A stretch of 64,000 nt of DNA from Eledone cirrhosa (lineage: Eukaryota). A program made the translations under genes and the position numbers. Of this stretch, positions 41,978 through 54,496 are shown in pieces. The notes below the pieces were generated by a model. That model worked only from the letters and a program-made list of their open reading frames with translations, did not search any database and had not been told where the DNA came from. The number at the start of each line of letters is the position of its first letter. Position 1 is the stretch's first letter. Location of the stretch: the NCBI GenBank assembly GCA_964016885.1, contig OZ024740.1, positions 40,300,001 through 40,364,000 of the forward strand, given 5' to 3'.

Positions 41978-41980
<3 letters not shown>
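40047..41980. mobile_element. Second Penelope copy: short inverted terminus + GIY-YIG end and 3' UTR
   Basis: EEIFFILKSKNSLN at about 40301 identical to the 32003 ORF; arms 40135-40296 and 41816-41978; tail 40047-40134 homologous to 33875-33958. Confidence 0.85.
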
Positions 41981-42022
<42 letters not shown>

Positions 42023-42379
42023 ACGTGTGCATACTTACATATATATGTAGGAAAATCTCTCCACATATACTGACACCTAAACATGATATTCAGTTTTTCT
42101 TTATTTCAGGTTGACGCCAGTAGTCTGGAGAAACTGGCCAACTTGCAGTTAAATGAGATAAGATTTTCTAAATACTATTCTGCTCTCGTTTCTCGAAAGA
42201 GAAGGACATCACCTGGAGTTGTTCAAGCAGTAGAGAGATGTAGGACTTACAACAAAAAAACACTCCAGCCCCCTCAACAGGGTTGGTACTTCGATGAAGG
42301 TTAGTTCAATGATCTTGTCAGGGTACTTCTGCATTCATACAAATCAACCACACAAACATAGCAATGTGCCACCGCCACA

Positions 42380-42780
42380 GACTACCATAAACCTGACGCT
42401 GACTCTTCTGACCTAAAGTGTTTCTTCAAATCCTGTAAGACCCCCCCCCCCCCTCAATGTACTTCTGGCGGAATTTGAGGGTAGACTTATCATGATTAAA
42501 AACCTCAGGTTCAAACAACTGCGCTTGGTTTGCAGACACAACTCTCCCTACCAGCACAAACTAAATCTTTTGATTAAACGTATGTGCACCTCCCCTGGAA
42601 TAATTGTGCCAGCTGATAAGGCAGGGTAAATTTTATACTTAGGACCCTCACACCTACCACCAGTGTCTGAGTAAGGAGGTACACAAACACTACAAGTTCA
42701 CATCTCGGAATCACCTGGACCAGATCAATCAAGCCACCAGGGTTATCATGACTGAGCCTCCCAACTCCTTGTTAGGCTAA
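42380..42780 (+). pseudogene. Penelope-like RT N-terminal remnant
   Basis: LAEFE...MIKNLRFK and IIVPADKAG...EVHKHYK motifs across frameshifts; flanking sequence repeated at about 20420-20780. Confidence 0.55.
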
Positions 42781-44649
42781 TAACCTCCTCTAGTTCAGAC
42801 TTAGGCAGAACCAGTAAGTACGAATTCACTTGATTCCTTGGTGTTTTCCTATTTTGTCAACAATAGCTTCAACGTAAATTATTTCTTAATAAAGATTCTT
42901 AAAGTTGTGATGTTTGTTATTATTCATCAGATATTATAATTATTTCTACTTTTGGCACAAGGCCAGCAAATACCCAGTGCATTACTGGTACTTTATTTTA
43001 TCGACCCCGTAAGGATGAAAGGCAAAGTTAACCTCGGCGGGATTTGAAATCAGAATGGCAAGGGCTGTAACTCTATACGTCAAAGCATGGCGTCCGACCC
43101 TCTACCGATACTGCCAATAATGGCAGTCTTACTTTCAATTACTGATTTTGGTAACGAGTACAGCCACACATCTCGACTCACTGAGACACACACTCAGTTC
43201 ATTCGCTATAAGTCACATGGGAATCACCCATCAAGCCAAATAAATATTACAGCATCTGGCTCGCCACAATAAACATAAACCACGTAACAGCAGGCAAATT
43301 CTCACCTCCAATAACTAAAATACCCATCGCTAGACGCACGCACGCACGCTCGCTCGCTCGCTCGCTCACTCACTCACTCACTCACTCCATAAGCTAGCTA
43401 GTACAGATAGCAAGATATTAAAGAGTTGTTGTCCTTTGAATTCTAATTTAGCACACATAATATTTTAAAGAATTGTGATCCGTTGAACCCTAAATTGGTA
43501 CACATTCCAAGCCTAAGTGAGTTCATCACAAACTAATGAATCCTAACATAAGAATATATTTTTATGCAAGGTTTAGTACGAATTATGGATTACTATCTCC
43601 GACATCTGTACTGATAATTAACCTTATCAAAAGAAGATTAGCATAGCATAAATGTAAATACAATAGCTAATGGTGTTTTAACGAGGTCAATTGTTTGGAT
43701 GGTTTTGTGTACCTAAGAGAATTCGGACAACAAAATTTTAATAAATCTATATATATAAAGTTGTCTGTTTGTTCACCAACTCCACCTATGGTTTTGGAGA
43801 TAGACCCCCCCCCCCCCCCCATAACCATATTCTGAAACTACATTGCTCAGGGTACTTGGATAAGTATATTTCATTTTTATCAAATGGTTCCCCGGGGCAC
43901 AAACCCCCGCTGAAACTTTTTTCTCTTTGATTTATATGAAATTTAAACCATAGGTAAATGACAAGATATGATGCCTATTCACAAAAGTTTTGAACTGATA
44001 TTTTGAAAAAAATTATTTACAAGAAACAAAATAAGAATAAGATTTAATAATGTAATTTTGATTTGATATATTTCAAAAAATAATTGTTTCTACGTTAGGC
44101 ACAAGGCCAGCAATTACACAGTGTATTACTGGTACTTTATTTTATCGACCCCGTAAGGATGAAAGGCAAAGGCGGGATTCCAATTTTTCATGCATTACAT
44201 TTTACATTGAGTAATATTGAATATGTTGTCTAACCTGATTAGTTTTTTCGTTGTTTTGGTATTGTAGGGCTGGGTTTCGCCTGCCGCAATTTGTCAAGCT
44301 ATCTAAACGTATATTATTACTCCGAGGGCCTACCCTTATTGAGTGCTTTGCTACGCATTCCTAATTGTAGGTCGATTTTGCTTGGCCGCAGCCAAAGCTT
44401 CGATTTTACTAAGCTTCCACTTGTATATATATAGATGAGGGCGACGTCATAACTTTCTGTCTACCTCTTTCTGTCACATCGAAAACACTCGACACTCCCT
44501 TTTCTCTCTCTATCTATGTATATATCTCTCGCTTGGCACTCCCCCTCTATATATAAAGTGAGCGTGACAGACAGACAGTGCTCTTATTATAATATACATT
44601 TATATTTTCTCCAGAGTTGTATTGATAGCTGTGTTATGTTATCTTAGGT

Positions 44650-46405
44650 CTTTTTTAATGGAACATTTTTCTTCTTCTTCTGATCCGGCTTGATCCCCAA
44701 GCGAAACCAGCCGAGCTCAAGGATATTATCCAGCCATCTTGCTTGCGGTTTACCTCTGGATCTCACGGCGGTTGGTTTTGCCTGTAAAATTTGCCCAGTG
44801 ATTCTTTCCTGAGACATTCTAACCACATGCCCATATTATCGGAGCTGTGATCTCTCAATTCGGAGAAGTATGACCCTCCGTATCGAGTAATGTTACTCGA
44901 AAGACCTTTCGAAGGAACCCCATTTCGGCCGCTTGTATTCGTAATTGTATTCTTTCGGTCATTACCCAAGATTTATGACCATAAGGGTTCGCATGAATAC
45001 CGAATTGAAGATAACGAGTTTGGCTTTTTCACCTACCTCCCTTCTTCTGATTACTGAATGCTGAAGCTGGTACATTACTGCACCAGCTTCTGCAATTCTT
45101 GCACTTAATTCAGCCTCCTGTCTTCCATCACTCGTGAACACGGCCCTGAGATACTAAAACTTCTGAACCTGCTTCAGTGGAACTCCATTCACATGTAGAG
45201 TGCACTGCGCAGGCTCCCTTGATATATGAGAGTGTCACTGACTATTCTTCGAGGGAATACCAACGCCATTTTATTTGTGAGGCGCAGCTGAAACTTCACT
45301 CAGACTGGGGAGCTTTAACTGCGTTTGTCACTCTCGCCTCCTCTCTGTTTCTTTCGCAGCACTGATTTTCATTCCAGCTATGCAGCACTCGGCATCAAAC
45401 TTATCAAATACAAGTCGAAGATTACTTTCTGTCGAGTTAAGTAATACCTTGTCATCTACAAATTCCAGGTGACTGATTCTACATTTGTCAGTCGTGATAC
45501 CACTTCCAATCCGGTTGCGCATGTCAATCCTCTTCATGAAAATAATTGTTTCTACTTTTGGCACAAGGCCAGCAATAAACCAGTGCATTACTGGTACTTT
45601 CTTTTATCGACCCCGTAAGGATGAAAGGCAAAGTTAACCTTGGCGGGATTGGAACTCAAACTGTAAAGAGGCGTAACTCTATGCTGCAAAGTATGTCGTC
45701 TGACCTTCTACCGATACTACCAATCTGAACAGGAGAGTCCGACTCCCACAATGAATGGTTTCGATTTAGTACCATTTATCCGAATACAAATACTCGGGCA
45801 TTCATCAACAACAAGAAGCTGACCTCTGATCCCATACTTCTGCAGAACCTTCCACAGCAGGTCTCGTGGAACGCGGTCATATGCCTTTTCGAGGTCCTCA
45901 AAGCAAAAATACACTTCTTGGCAGTACTCCCACGATTTCTCAGAGACCTGCCGCAGTGTTGCGTCCAGGGTGTAAACTTCACTGTTTATCAACTAGCTTG
46001 AGCTCGACAATCTCCCTTCGTCTCATTGCCAGACACTTAGCATAGGCTGTATCGGGAAGGCTTAACAAGGAGATCCCTCTACATTTGGAACAATTTCTCT
46101 TGTCTCCCTTGTTGAAAAATTGGATTACCACTCCCAGTTGCCTTTGCTTAGGTGCTTTTCCAGAGATCCAGGCCACCCAGCACACACGAGTCTACCAGAG
46201 CATACCTTCTCTGTTTAAGGCTTTTAACATCTCGGGCCGAATTTCATCCTCCACACTGGCTTTGTCACATTTGAGCTTTTTAATTGTTCTTGTGACCTCT
46301 GCCTCCGAGAGATTAGTCATCGCTCCCAGATGCATCTCGTGTGCATCAGATGCTGCTGTTGTGATCAGGTTTAGGAGATTAGGAAAGTATTCTCTCCACC
46401 ATTGT
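44650..46405 (-). pseudogene. Degenerate RTE (BovB-like) LINE, interrupted by a SINE and a CRE 3' fragment
   Basis: DEIRPEMLK, RGISLLSLP, DLEKAYDRVPR, HLEFVDD, RGKPQARW. Confidence 0.85.
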
Positions 46406-46529
46406 AAGAGAAATGCAAAATTTATTGTAATACAAAATACCAAGTGGTAAAACCATGTTCAACATACATGATAATAAGGAAAACAAGAGAGGAGAATAAG
46501 AAAGAGTAAGAAAAATATGGAATTAAGCA

Positions 46530-47100
46530 TCGAAAGAAACGGAGAAGGGGAGAGAGTGTCAAACGCAGTTAAAGCTCCCCAGTTTGAGCGAAGTTTCAGT
46601 TGCGCCTCGCAAATAGAATAGTAATGGTATTCTTGCGAAGAATAGCCAGTGACACTCTCTGCAACAACCATTCTACTTCATGGGGCTCCTTCCTTGGGCG
46701 GACTGCTGTCTTTCCGATTTCACGAAGCAAATCAGAAGTGCGAGGACCGAGGAGACTTGAGGGCTCGACGGCGACTGGTTCGAAAGGGAAGCGGTCGGTC
46801 AAAACCCGGTATTTAGTTATTTTCCTCTCCTCTGCGTTGCGGGTAGCGGTGCCCAGGTGTGCACATGAAGTGGCAAGGTAGAAGACGGAGAATGAGTCAC
46901 AACACGTCGCATCCCAGGTTAGGGTTATTCCGTCGAGGCGCTGGCGTTTAGGTCGAAGTCAGCTGTGACGGGAAACTGGCTGCGTCGAGGCTCCTGATAA
47001 TGTCGTTCAGAGAAGCGTGTCGGGAGAACCGGTTTGTATTATTGCGGCATGATAACGGGTGCAGGCTGAACTCGTCAACAACTGTTCCACAGCGGGTTAA
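46530..47100 (-). pseudogene. CRE-type LINE 3' fragment
   Basis: LTWDATCCD, FEPVAVE..LLGP, EWLLQRVSLAILRKN; its 3' end is repeated in inverted orientation at about 45225-45357. Confidence 0.75.
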
Positions 47101-48296
47101 GAGGCGACAGTTTGTCCTGAGAGGAAGGAGAAAAAACGAGAAAGGGCTCTTAAGTACTAATGGAGTTGTAGGGGCGCTGTAGCGATAGGGTCACGCCCAT
47201 GTAACTGTTAAGATATGTTCTTCGCAGGATGAATGATAAAGAAATGATGAAGAATTGTAATGTTGTTGACAACGTTTATTTTGTAACAATAAAATTCACT
47301 CGTTGGGTACATCGAAGATTGAGTAATAAAATCGTGACACAATTATCACTACATTAGTTGTTTTACTAGCTACTTCGAGCTAGCGTAAATGCACACCAAG
47401 AATGTGCATGTGTTGTTAATTCAATACTGTTAGTAAGTGTATGTATCAAAGAAAACGATACAGTAGAAACCTACTGTGTGTGTGTGTGTTAATCCCTAGC
47501 AAACGCGGTTTCTGTAGTAGCGGTCAGTCCCTCTCTCTAATTCACTGTCTGTCGAGCGAGTAAGAAATGTAAGAGAATAATAGCGAGAAGACTGTATTCG
47601 TGAAGAGAATCCAGTGTTAGTAGAACGGTTCTTCTGTCGTCTGTGTTAGCCACTATCTCTAATTTGTCTCTTGGAGCGCTTGTATTTATAAGAATACTAT
47701 AGCTAGAAGAACGTGTATATGGTTTTTGAGACAATAGTGGCCATCTGCCTCTCGTCTGGGGTCACAGGTCAAGTGGTATATAACATTTAACATAGTTGCC
47801 TTTTGACAGGACAATGGTAATAACACCTAACAAGGTGGTTTTAGAGACGAAATACAATTTAACTGTACTTTTACAAACAAACAAATGTCCATAATTCTTG
47901 TATAGTTTTCGTATAGCTTCGGCGTGAGCTATTTTCAATAAATTAATAATATAGCGATTTGGTGTTATCGTGGTTTATTTATGTATATTCATTTTTTGCG
48001 TGATCAAGGGACTATCATATCATCATCATCATCTTATTGAACACTTACTCACTTACTCACTTACCTGCACACATGCAACCTCTAGTCTCACTGTATCACA
48101 CAGCAGTGACTACACAACACAGCAAGCTACAAGTGAGCATACATGCAACAAACGACTCAACACCACAACACAATCAACTGCCAATACGATCATCAAATTC
48201 TCGCTATACTATGACACAGTGTTTTGGGCATTTAAACCTGGCAGAACCCATCTTTCTCCAGATTTGAACTCAGTCGATTTCTTCCAGAAGAGAGAG

Positions 48297-48351
<55 letters not shown>

Positions 48352-48357
48352 TAGATA

Positions 48358-50319
48358 TATTTCTTTATTAGCCACAGGGGCACAAAAGAAGGGGACAAAT
48401 ACAAAGGGGGAAGTTTACATACAATAAAAACGTGTAAAATGTTATCACAGATGGAATTTAAAAGTTAGTCGATTTTCCCCAATAGAGGGAGACAGTTTAT
48501 ATGGGTAACACATACCCCTGAAAAAAAATGTGCAACCCTCATCTCCAGGAGTACGAAGAGCTTGTACTCCTTTCCTCTCCTCCTCCTTTTCCTCAACCTA
48601 CAGGCTGATATAGAGAGAAGGCCCATTCACTCGGGCCATTCTCGCCACTTTCACCCACCTTTCATAAAACTTGCTGGGGTACAGCACCTCTCTCTCCATC
48701 CTGATTCTTCTTCCAAAGTGGTATTTGAAAAAAAGAATCAGTTGTTGGCCGGAGAGAAAGGTGTCTGACCTCAGCCCTTTCAACCTTGTCCACCATACAA
48801 CCTCTTTCGCCATAGCTATCACACAAAGGAAAACCGCCTCTCCTTCGTTTTTGAAGGAGGGTGGCGGTTTGATCATGACAATGGACTCGGTGGTCAACTG
48901 GATCGGTCCCACCCGCGACAATAGTCGTTCTACATAGCCCCACAGGTCAGTGACGCCCGGGCAGTGTATGAATGCGTGCGCGACGGTTTCTTCGTCTCGC
49001 ACGCACCTCGAACAGATCTTTTTTGCAGGGTCCCTGCCCGGGCGCCCATGTCTGTAGAGCTTGTCTCGAACTGGTAGAGCTCCTCGGTAGCACTGCCAGG
49101 CCAGGGACTTTTGGAAGTTGTCCATCGGTCCCGGGCAGAAGGTCCTACCGAACAGACTGGCCAGTTCATCTTCCTCTACGCCTAGAGTTTCACCGAGCGC
49201 GTCGTCGCACTTGCTGCGGACCAACCCTCTATAGAATGATGAAGTGGAGTCTCCACTGATCGCCGGGTCCGCCTGCCAGAGGGCTGTGAGCGCCTGAGCA
49301 CATTCGATGTGCCAGTCGCCCATTTTCCTCGGTCTCTGCTTGACCCAGGACTGCAGCTCGGTCAGCGAGACGAGTCGTGGGAAGGCTCGCCTCACGAACG
49401 GGGCCCACACCGGTTGTCCGGTGAGGAATACGTAGAGATGCCGCAGCCTGAGCGCGTGTTTGCGCATCGTCAACCACGGCATCCCCAGCCCTCCGTTAGA
49501 AGGGTGTTGGCAGCAGATGGATCTTCTCACCAAAGGAGCCCGCCTCTTCCAAAGGAATCGGAAGAGCGCGCGCTCCATTTTGGCGAGCGTTTTGGCTGAA
49601 CAAGGCACGACGGTCAAGCGGTAGTAGATGGCGGACGCTATAAAAGTGTTCGCCACCTCCGCTCGACCTTTCAAGGATAGTTTGCACTCGGCCCACTTCT
49701 GGGTGAGTGCAAACACCTTGGCCGTCACTTCGTTCCAGTTCTTCTCCACCTGGAGGTCCGGACCAAACCAGACCCCGAGCAGCTTTATCGGTCCTTCCGT
49801 CCAGCGTCCGACGACGCCATCGGAAGGCATCGGTCTGCCTCTCCACGATCCGAGTTGCAAACCGATGGACTTGTTCAGCTTCGCTCCTGTGAGACTTTCG
49901 TATTCCTTTAGTAAGGTGCCGACTTCCTCGATTTGCGAGGCGCTCGACACCATTACTGTCACGTCGTCGGCGTAGGCCGACGCCGCTTTCCGCAGTCCCG
50001 GTTCCAGAGGGATGCCCTGCAATAGCTCCAGCTTCCGCAGTAGTGGCTCGAGAGTCAGTACGTACAGAAGGGAGGAGAGAGGGCATCCCTGTCGAATGGA
50101 TCGCGTAATATGGAACGGCTCCGAGAGGTAACCGTTCACCTTGACCCTTGAGCAGATGTTGCTGTTGTGCATTGCAGCAATCCAGCCCCTGAACACGGGT
50201 CCGAAGCCTGCCGCCTCGAGCACCGCATCCAGGTAACGATGGTCAACCCTATCGAAAGCCTTAGACTGATCCAAGTTGATCAGGGCCCCACCGAAGCCGG
50301 GTTTACACCCTACTCTCTC
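48358..50319 (-). mobile_element. 5'-truncated Tx1/L1-clade LINE with intact 558-aa ORF2 C-terminal part (48598-50274)
   Basis: DQSKAFDRV, IRQGCPLS, SAYADD, KLLGVWF, GGLGMP, CCHC-type CSRC...HAFIHC; AATAAA near 48365; GC-rich; possible TSD TAGATAGATA (48348-48357 / 50320-50329). Confidence 0.92.
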
Positions 50320-50639
50320 TAGATAGATAGAGAGAGATAGAGAGAGAGAGAGATTTAAAGGAAGACTTAAACTCCTGTATTAGTCCTTTATTTATTAGAA
50401 AGGATGAAAACAGAGTTGACCTCGGCATTCTGCCAATTCACCACCTATGTTGTTTTGGTGCCGTTTAATATCATATAATGTATTTTCATGCATATAAGTT
50501 TTAGACATTTTCTGTTAAAATAGATTGATACGTCTTTTGTTTAAATTTAATACCAAATTTGACTGATTTTGATTTTTAAAACACTTAATGACAAGCTGCT
50601 CTTAGTTGAAGAATTACAGACCTTGCCTTCGAGTCAATC

Positions 50640-51170
50640 TTCCAATCGAAGATGTTTGGCTTTGAGCAGTTGCTGAGGAATATTGAAGCAATCAAACCCC
50701 ATCAAGGTTTTTTTCACACTCAGAAACTACCTTTCGATTCCTAAGCTTCTATATCTGCTCAGGGTCAGCCCTTCTCATAGATTTCCGTCCTGCCTCCAAC
50801 GCTTCGGCGATCTAATCTTCGAGAGACTCGAGTGCTTGGTCGATGTCAGACTCTCCCCAGAGTCCCGCGATAAGGCTGCGTTGCCCAAGCGATTTGGAGG
50901 TCTTGGTCTTCGTAAATGTTCGTCCCTATCTCTCCCCTGCTTCCTTTCCTCCACCCTGGTGAGCAACATTCTGTCGGCTAACTACATTTTCCAGCCTGTG
51001 GTGTTCGAGACATTCGGGGAAGTCGGGCTACTGACTGCGAGATCCCTATCTTTACTGGTCGCTCGCCTAACAGAAGTAACTGGTGATGATCGTGAGGGTG
51101 GTTGATTGTTCCAGTACATCAGCCTCGCTATCACTCAAGATAACGCTGCGAGCGTGCTGGCTTGCCTAAA
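50640..51170 (+). pseudogene. CRE-type LINE fragment with internal deletion
   Basis: LSIPKLLYLLRVSP, LPKRFGGLGLR, FQPVVFETFG, LFQYISLAITQDNA. Confidence 0.75.
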
Positions 51171-52514
51171 AAAATCATTAGAGAGGTTTCCCAGTGCTCC
51201 TTGCGATACTATTATCTTTTACTCTGGTAGCGGCTCGTTTGTTCACACCTTTCGCCTGCATTTTGTTGTATGTGGTCCCAGATGTGTTTTTTTTTTGTTT
51301 CTTTTCTCTTTCTTTTGCTTTCTTTTTTCTCTGTTTTCCCTTTCTTTTATATTATATTTGTTTGTGCTTTCGTTCTGTAAGTATTGTATTATGTCTCTTT
51401 TTTTGACAGTATCAATAGAGGGTCGGACTCCATGCTTTACAGCAGAGAGTTACGGCCCTTTATGATCTGAATTCAAATCCCACCGAGTTTAACATTACTT
51501 TTCATCCTTACGGGTCGATAAAATAAAGTACTAGTCACGCACTGGGGTCGATTTAATTGACTTTCCCCGCCCCCAAAATTGCTGGCCTTGTGCCTAAATA
51601 AGAAACCATTATTATATCTCCTTAGGGCGGTGAATTGGCAGTATCGGTAGAGGGTCGGACGCCATGCTTTGACGCATAAAGTTACGGCCCTTGCCCCGAG
51701 GTTAACTTTGCTTTTCATCCTTACGGGGTCGATAAAATAAAGTACCAGTAATACACTGAGTAATTGCTGGCCTTGTGCCCAAAGTAGAAACAATTATTAT
51801 ATCTACTTTTATACAACAGTGAATAAAATCCAGCTTGAATTCTGAAACACGAAAGGAAACAAAATCTAGCTGCAATTATTAGCGATTCGCCAAGGAAAAG
51901 GGGGATAATTTCAAGAATTGTTTAAGGGAGACCCTGATCTTCAAAGAGATAACTATGGCCACATTTCGGTCTTATTTGACTTCACTAGCGTGTCCACAGT
52001 TTTTAAAATTTGAGTTAATATCATTGAACAGTGGTAGGTGGCATTGAGGGAGGTGGAGTCTGACTCAGTTCCTCCCACTCCCATGTAACTGGTTTGAGAT
52101 TTTTCAGAGTAAAAGGGCAAGTGTAATCATAATAAAAATATTAATGTCGCAGGTGAAATTTAGGTATAAATGTGTAAATGTAGAAAAGTTAAATTGTTTT
52201 TTTAAGATGTAACCTTTCATTTGTTGTCATTAATTAATATACTTAATGTTTATATTTAATTGATAATACTTTCTTCCTTGTTTTTTTAAACTTGGGAACT
52301 TTCTAAAAACAAACCAGCGAAGTACCCTCATGTAACTATTTGACCTGCTAGAAATAGCAGCCAAATTTCCTTCAAATCATAAGCCTTAATGAACACATTG
52401 GTCTTCTGGATACAATGCCCAGAATAAGAGAGGGATAGTCCAAACTGGAAAATAGAGCAAGGCAACAATAATGGAAATATTTTCAAGAATAGAGCACGCT
52501 CTTCCTTCATTATC

Positions 52515-53900
52515 CCATCTCCTTGTGAAGCTGGACATGAGAAACGCCTTCAGCAGCGTTAGGCGGGATCACGAGCCCCCTCAATTTACCCTCTTGCTCA
52601 CCTCTCATACGGAAGACCCAGCATACCCATGGGCGCTGTCAACAACATTACTTCCGCTACGGGTGTTCAGCAAGAAGACACACACGGCCCACTCCTCTTT
52701 GCACTGGCAGCTAATTACGTTGCTTGCTCTGTCCGGTCGTTCTTCAGCATTTGGTACCTGTACGACGCAACCCTGTCTAATCATCCCAGCTCTAAAGCTC
52801 CTCGGACTCCCATCCAAGTCCGAGGTGATAAACGTTAGCTATGGAAAGGCTGAATTCCACGACACCGTACTCAGCATCCATCACGTCTTGTCTGGGGCAA
52901 AGCTAACTAGTGAACAAGACGCCATTATCCGACGCTGTGCAGAACTCATCTGCAATGTCGCTTTCGACAGCGCCGGCTGGCAACAGGCGAAGCTCCCAGC
53001 AAGGTTCGGTGGCCTCGGCTTTGGATCCGCTTCGGATCTGACACTGCCGGCCTTCCTCTCCTCAATCTCCTCCACTCGCACACTCGTCAGTGAGGTCCTT
53101 AGCAAGATAGTCGACTGGACAGGCGAAGGCCTCTCTGTCCACCAGTATACAAATGTCCAACGTAACTGGGACGACTTCAAGTGCAGGTCTTCTTTCAAGC
53201 GGATCGAGTTGGCTTGGACCAACACCACCTCGTCTGCTTCCAATTCGATTCGTGGCTCAATTCGGTGCCCTCCTCATCAACCGTTACCCTTCTGGCATCG
53301 GAGTGTTCCAACGCCTCAACCTCCGCGTATGTGAACCACACAAATGCCATTGTGGGGCTGTCGTTGACAAGTTTTGCCTGCAACCACTGTCATGCCGCCA
53401 GAGTGCAAGCTGGTTTCCCCCACACGACGCTCTCAACGACATATTGAGAAGGAGCCTGGATACAGTTGGCTTTCCATCACAACCGAAGCCAGCAAACCTT
53501 GGCCGCAGAGATGGCAAGCGCCCCGATGGAATTACCCTCTTCCCATTGGAAGGAGGCAAATGCCTCAGCTGTGAAGCCACGTGCTGTGACACGCTTCCAC
53601 CTCCAACTTAGTCGCTTCGGCCACAAACCCTGGTACTGCGGCCCGCAATGCAGAGGATAGGAAAACAAGCAAATACCGAGGCTTGTCCGGCCACTTCCTC
53701 TTTGCACCGGGCGCCGTCGCGACCTCAGCCGTCCTTGGACTCCGTATTTCTGAACTCCCCCGTCTAAGGAGTTGGCTATTGCAGCGGGTGTTGCTGGCCA
53801 TTGTTCGCGGAAATGCCTTTGCAGTTTTGTCTGCGGGGCACAGCTGAAACACTGCCCCGCCCTAGAGCCTATCACCCTCTCTTTCTTCCGTCGCCTTGCT
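52515..53900 (+). pseudogene. CRE-type LINE remnant (RT, Zn finger, restriction-like endonuclease)
   Basis: LVKLDMRNAF, GVQQED..GPLLF, WYLYD, LPARFGGLG, CHCG...LSC...HDALNDIL, DGKRPDGITLFP...LSCEATCCDT. Confidence 0.8.
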
Positions 53901-54349
53901 TTTTCCTTACTTAATTTCGTTTTTATCTTTTTTTTTTTTCATATTTCCATCATTGTATAACTTGTTTTTGTAAAATATAGTTGACATAATACGTTTATGT
54001 ATAATAGATAACCAAACAAAATTTTGGTATTGTATTTTATATAATTTCAAGAATTGTTTAAAGGAAACTCTGATCTTTATTTGTAGGCAAGAAGATAGCT
54101 ATGACTGAATTAACATCTAGAAAACTACGAACGTAAAAATATTGAAATTCTGACCACGTTCTAGAAATGTTGTGAGTTAAAAAATACGTCATAGTAACAA
54201 AATATATATAGAAAGAGAGGGGGTGAAGAGAAAAACAAAAAGGAAGAGGGAGAGAGACAAAGGGAAGGGGGGGAGTGAAAGGGGAAAAAAGAAAAAGAGA
54301 GAAGGGATAGAAAGGAGAAAAAAGAAAAATGAGCGAGAGAGAGAGAGAT

Positions 54350-54375
54350 GTCGTCAGAAAATATAACCAATCAGA
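54350..54375 (+). promoter_or_regulatory. Candidate CCAAT box and CRE-like site upstream of CHCHD2/10
   Basis: TGTCGTCA and AACCAATCAG about 90-110 bp upstream of the ATG; motif match only. Confidence 0.4.
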
Positions 54376-54461
54376 ATCAGAATTAAAATTATCCTCCTCT
54401 GTAGAACAAGAAGGAAAATTTAACCTTTAGCTTAACTTGAAACATTTAAACTGCTTTCAAG

Positions 54462-54496
54462 ATGCCACGAAGAGGACGTTCAATGACATCGCCCAG
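54462..54496 (+). CDS. CHCHD2: CHCHD2/CHCHD10-family exon 1 (MPRRGRSMTSP)
   Basis: MPR-x-x-RS start typical of the family; CAG/GTAAAC donor, phase 2. Confidence 0.85.

Noticed and set aside
48562-50086. Overlapping alternative-frame ORFs within the Tx1 element (similarly within RTE and CRE copies)
   Set aside because: Shadow ORFs of GC-rich coding sequence with no recognisable motifs.
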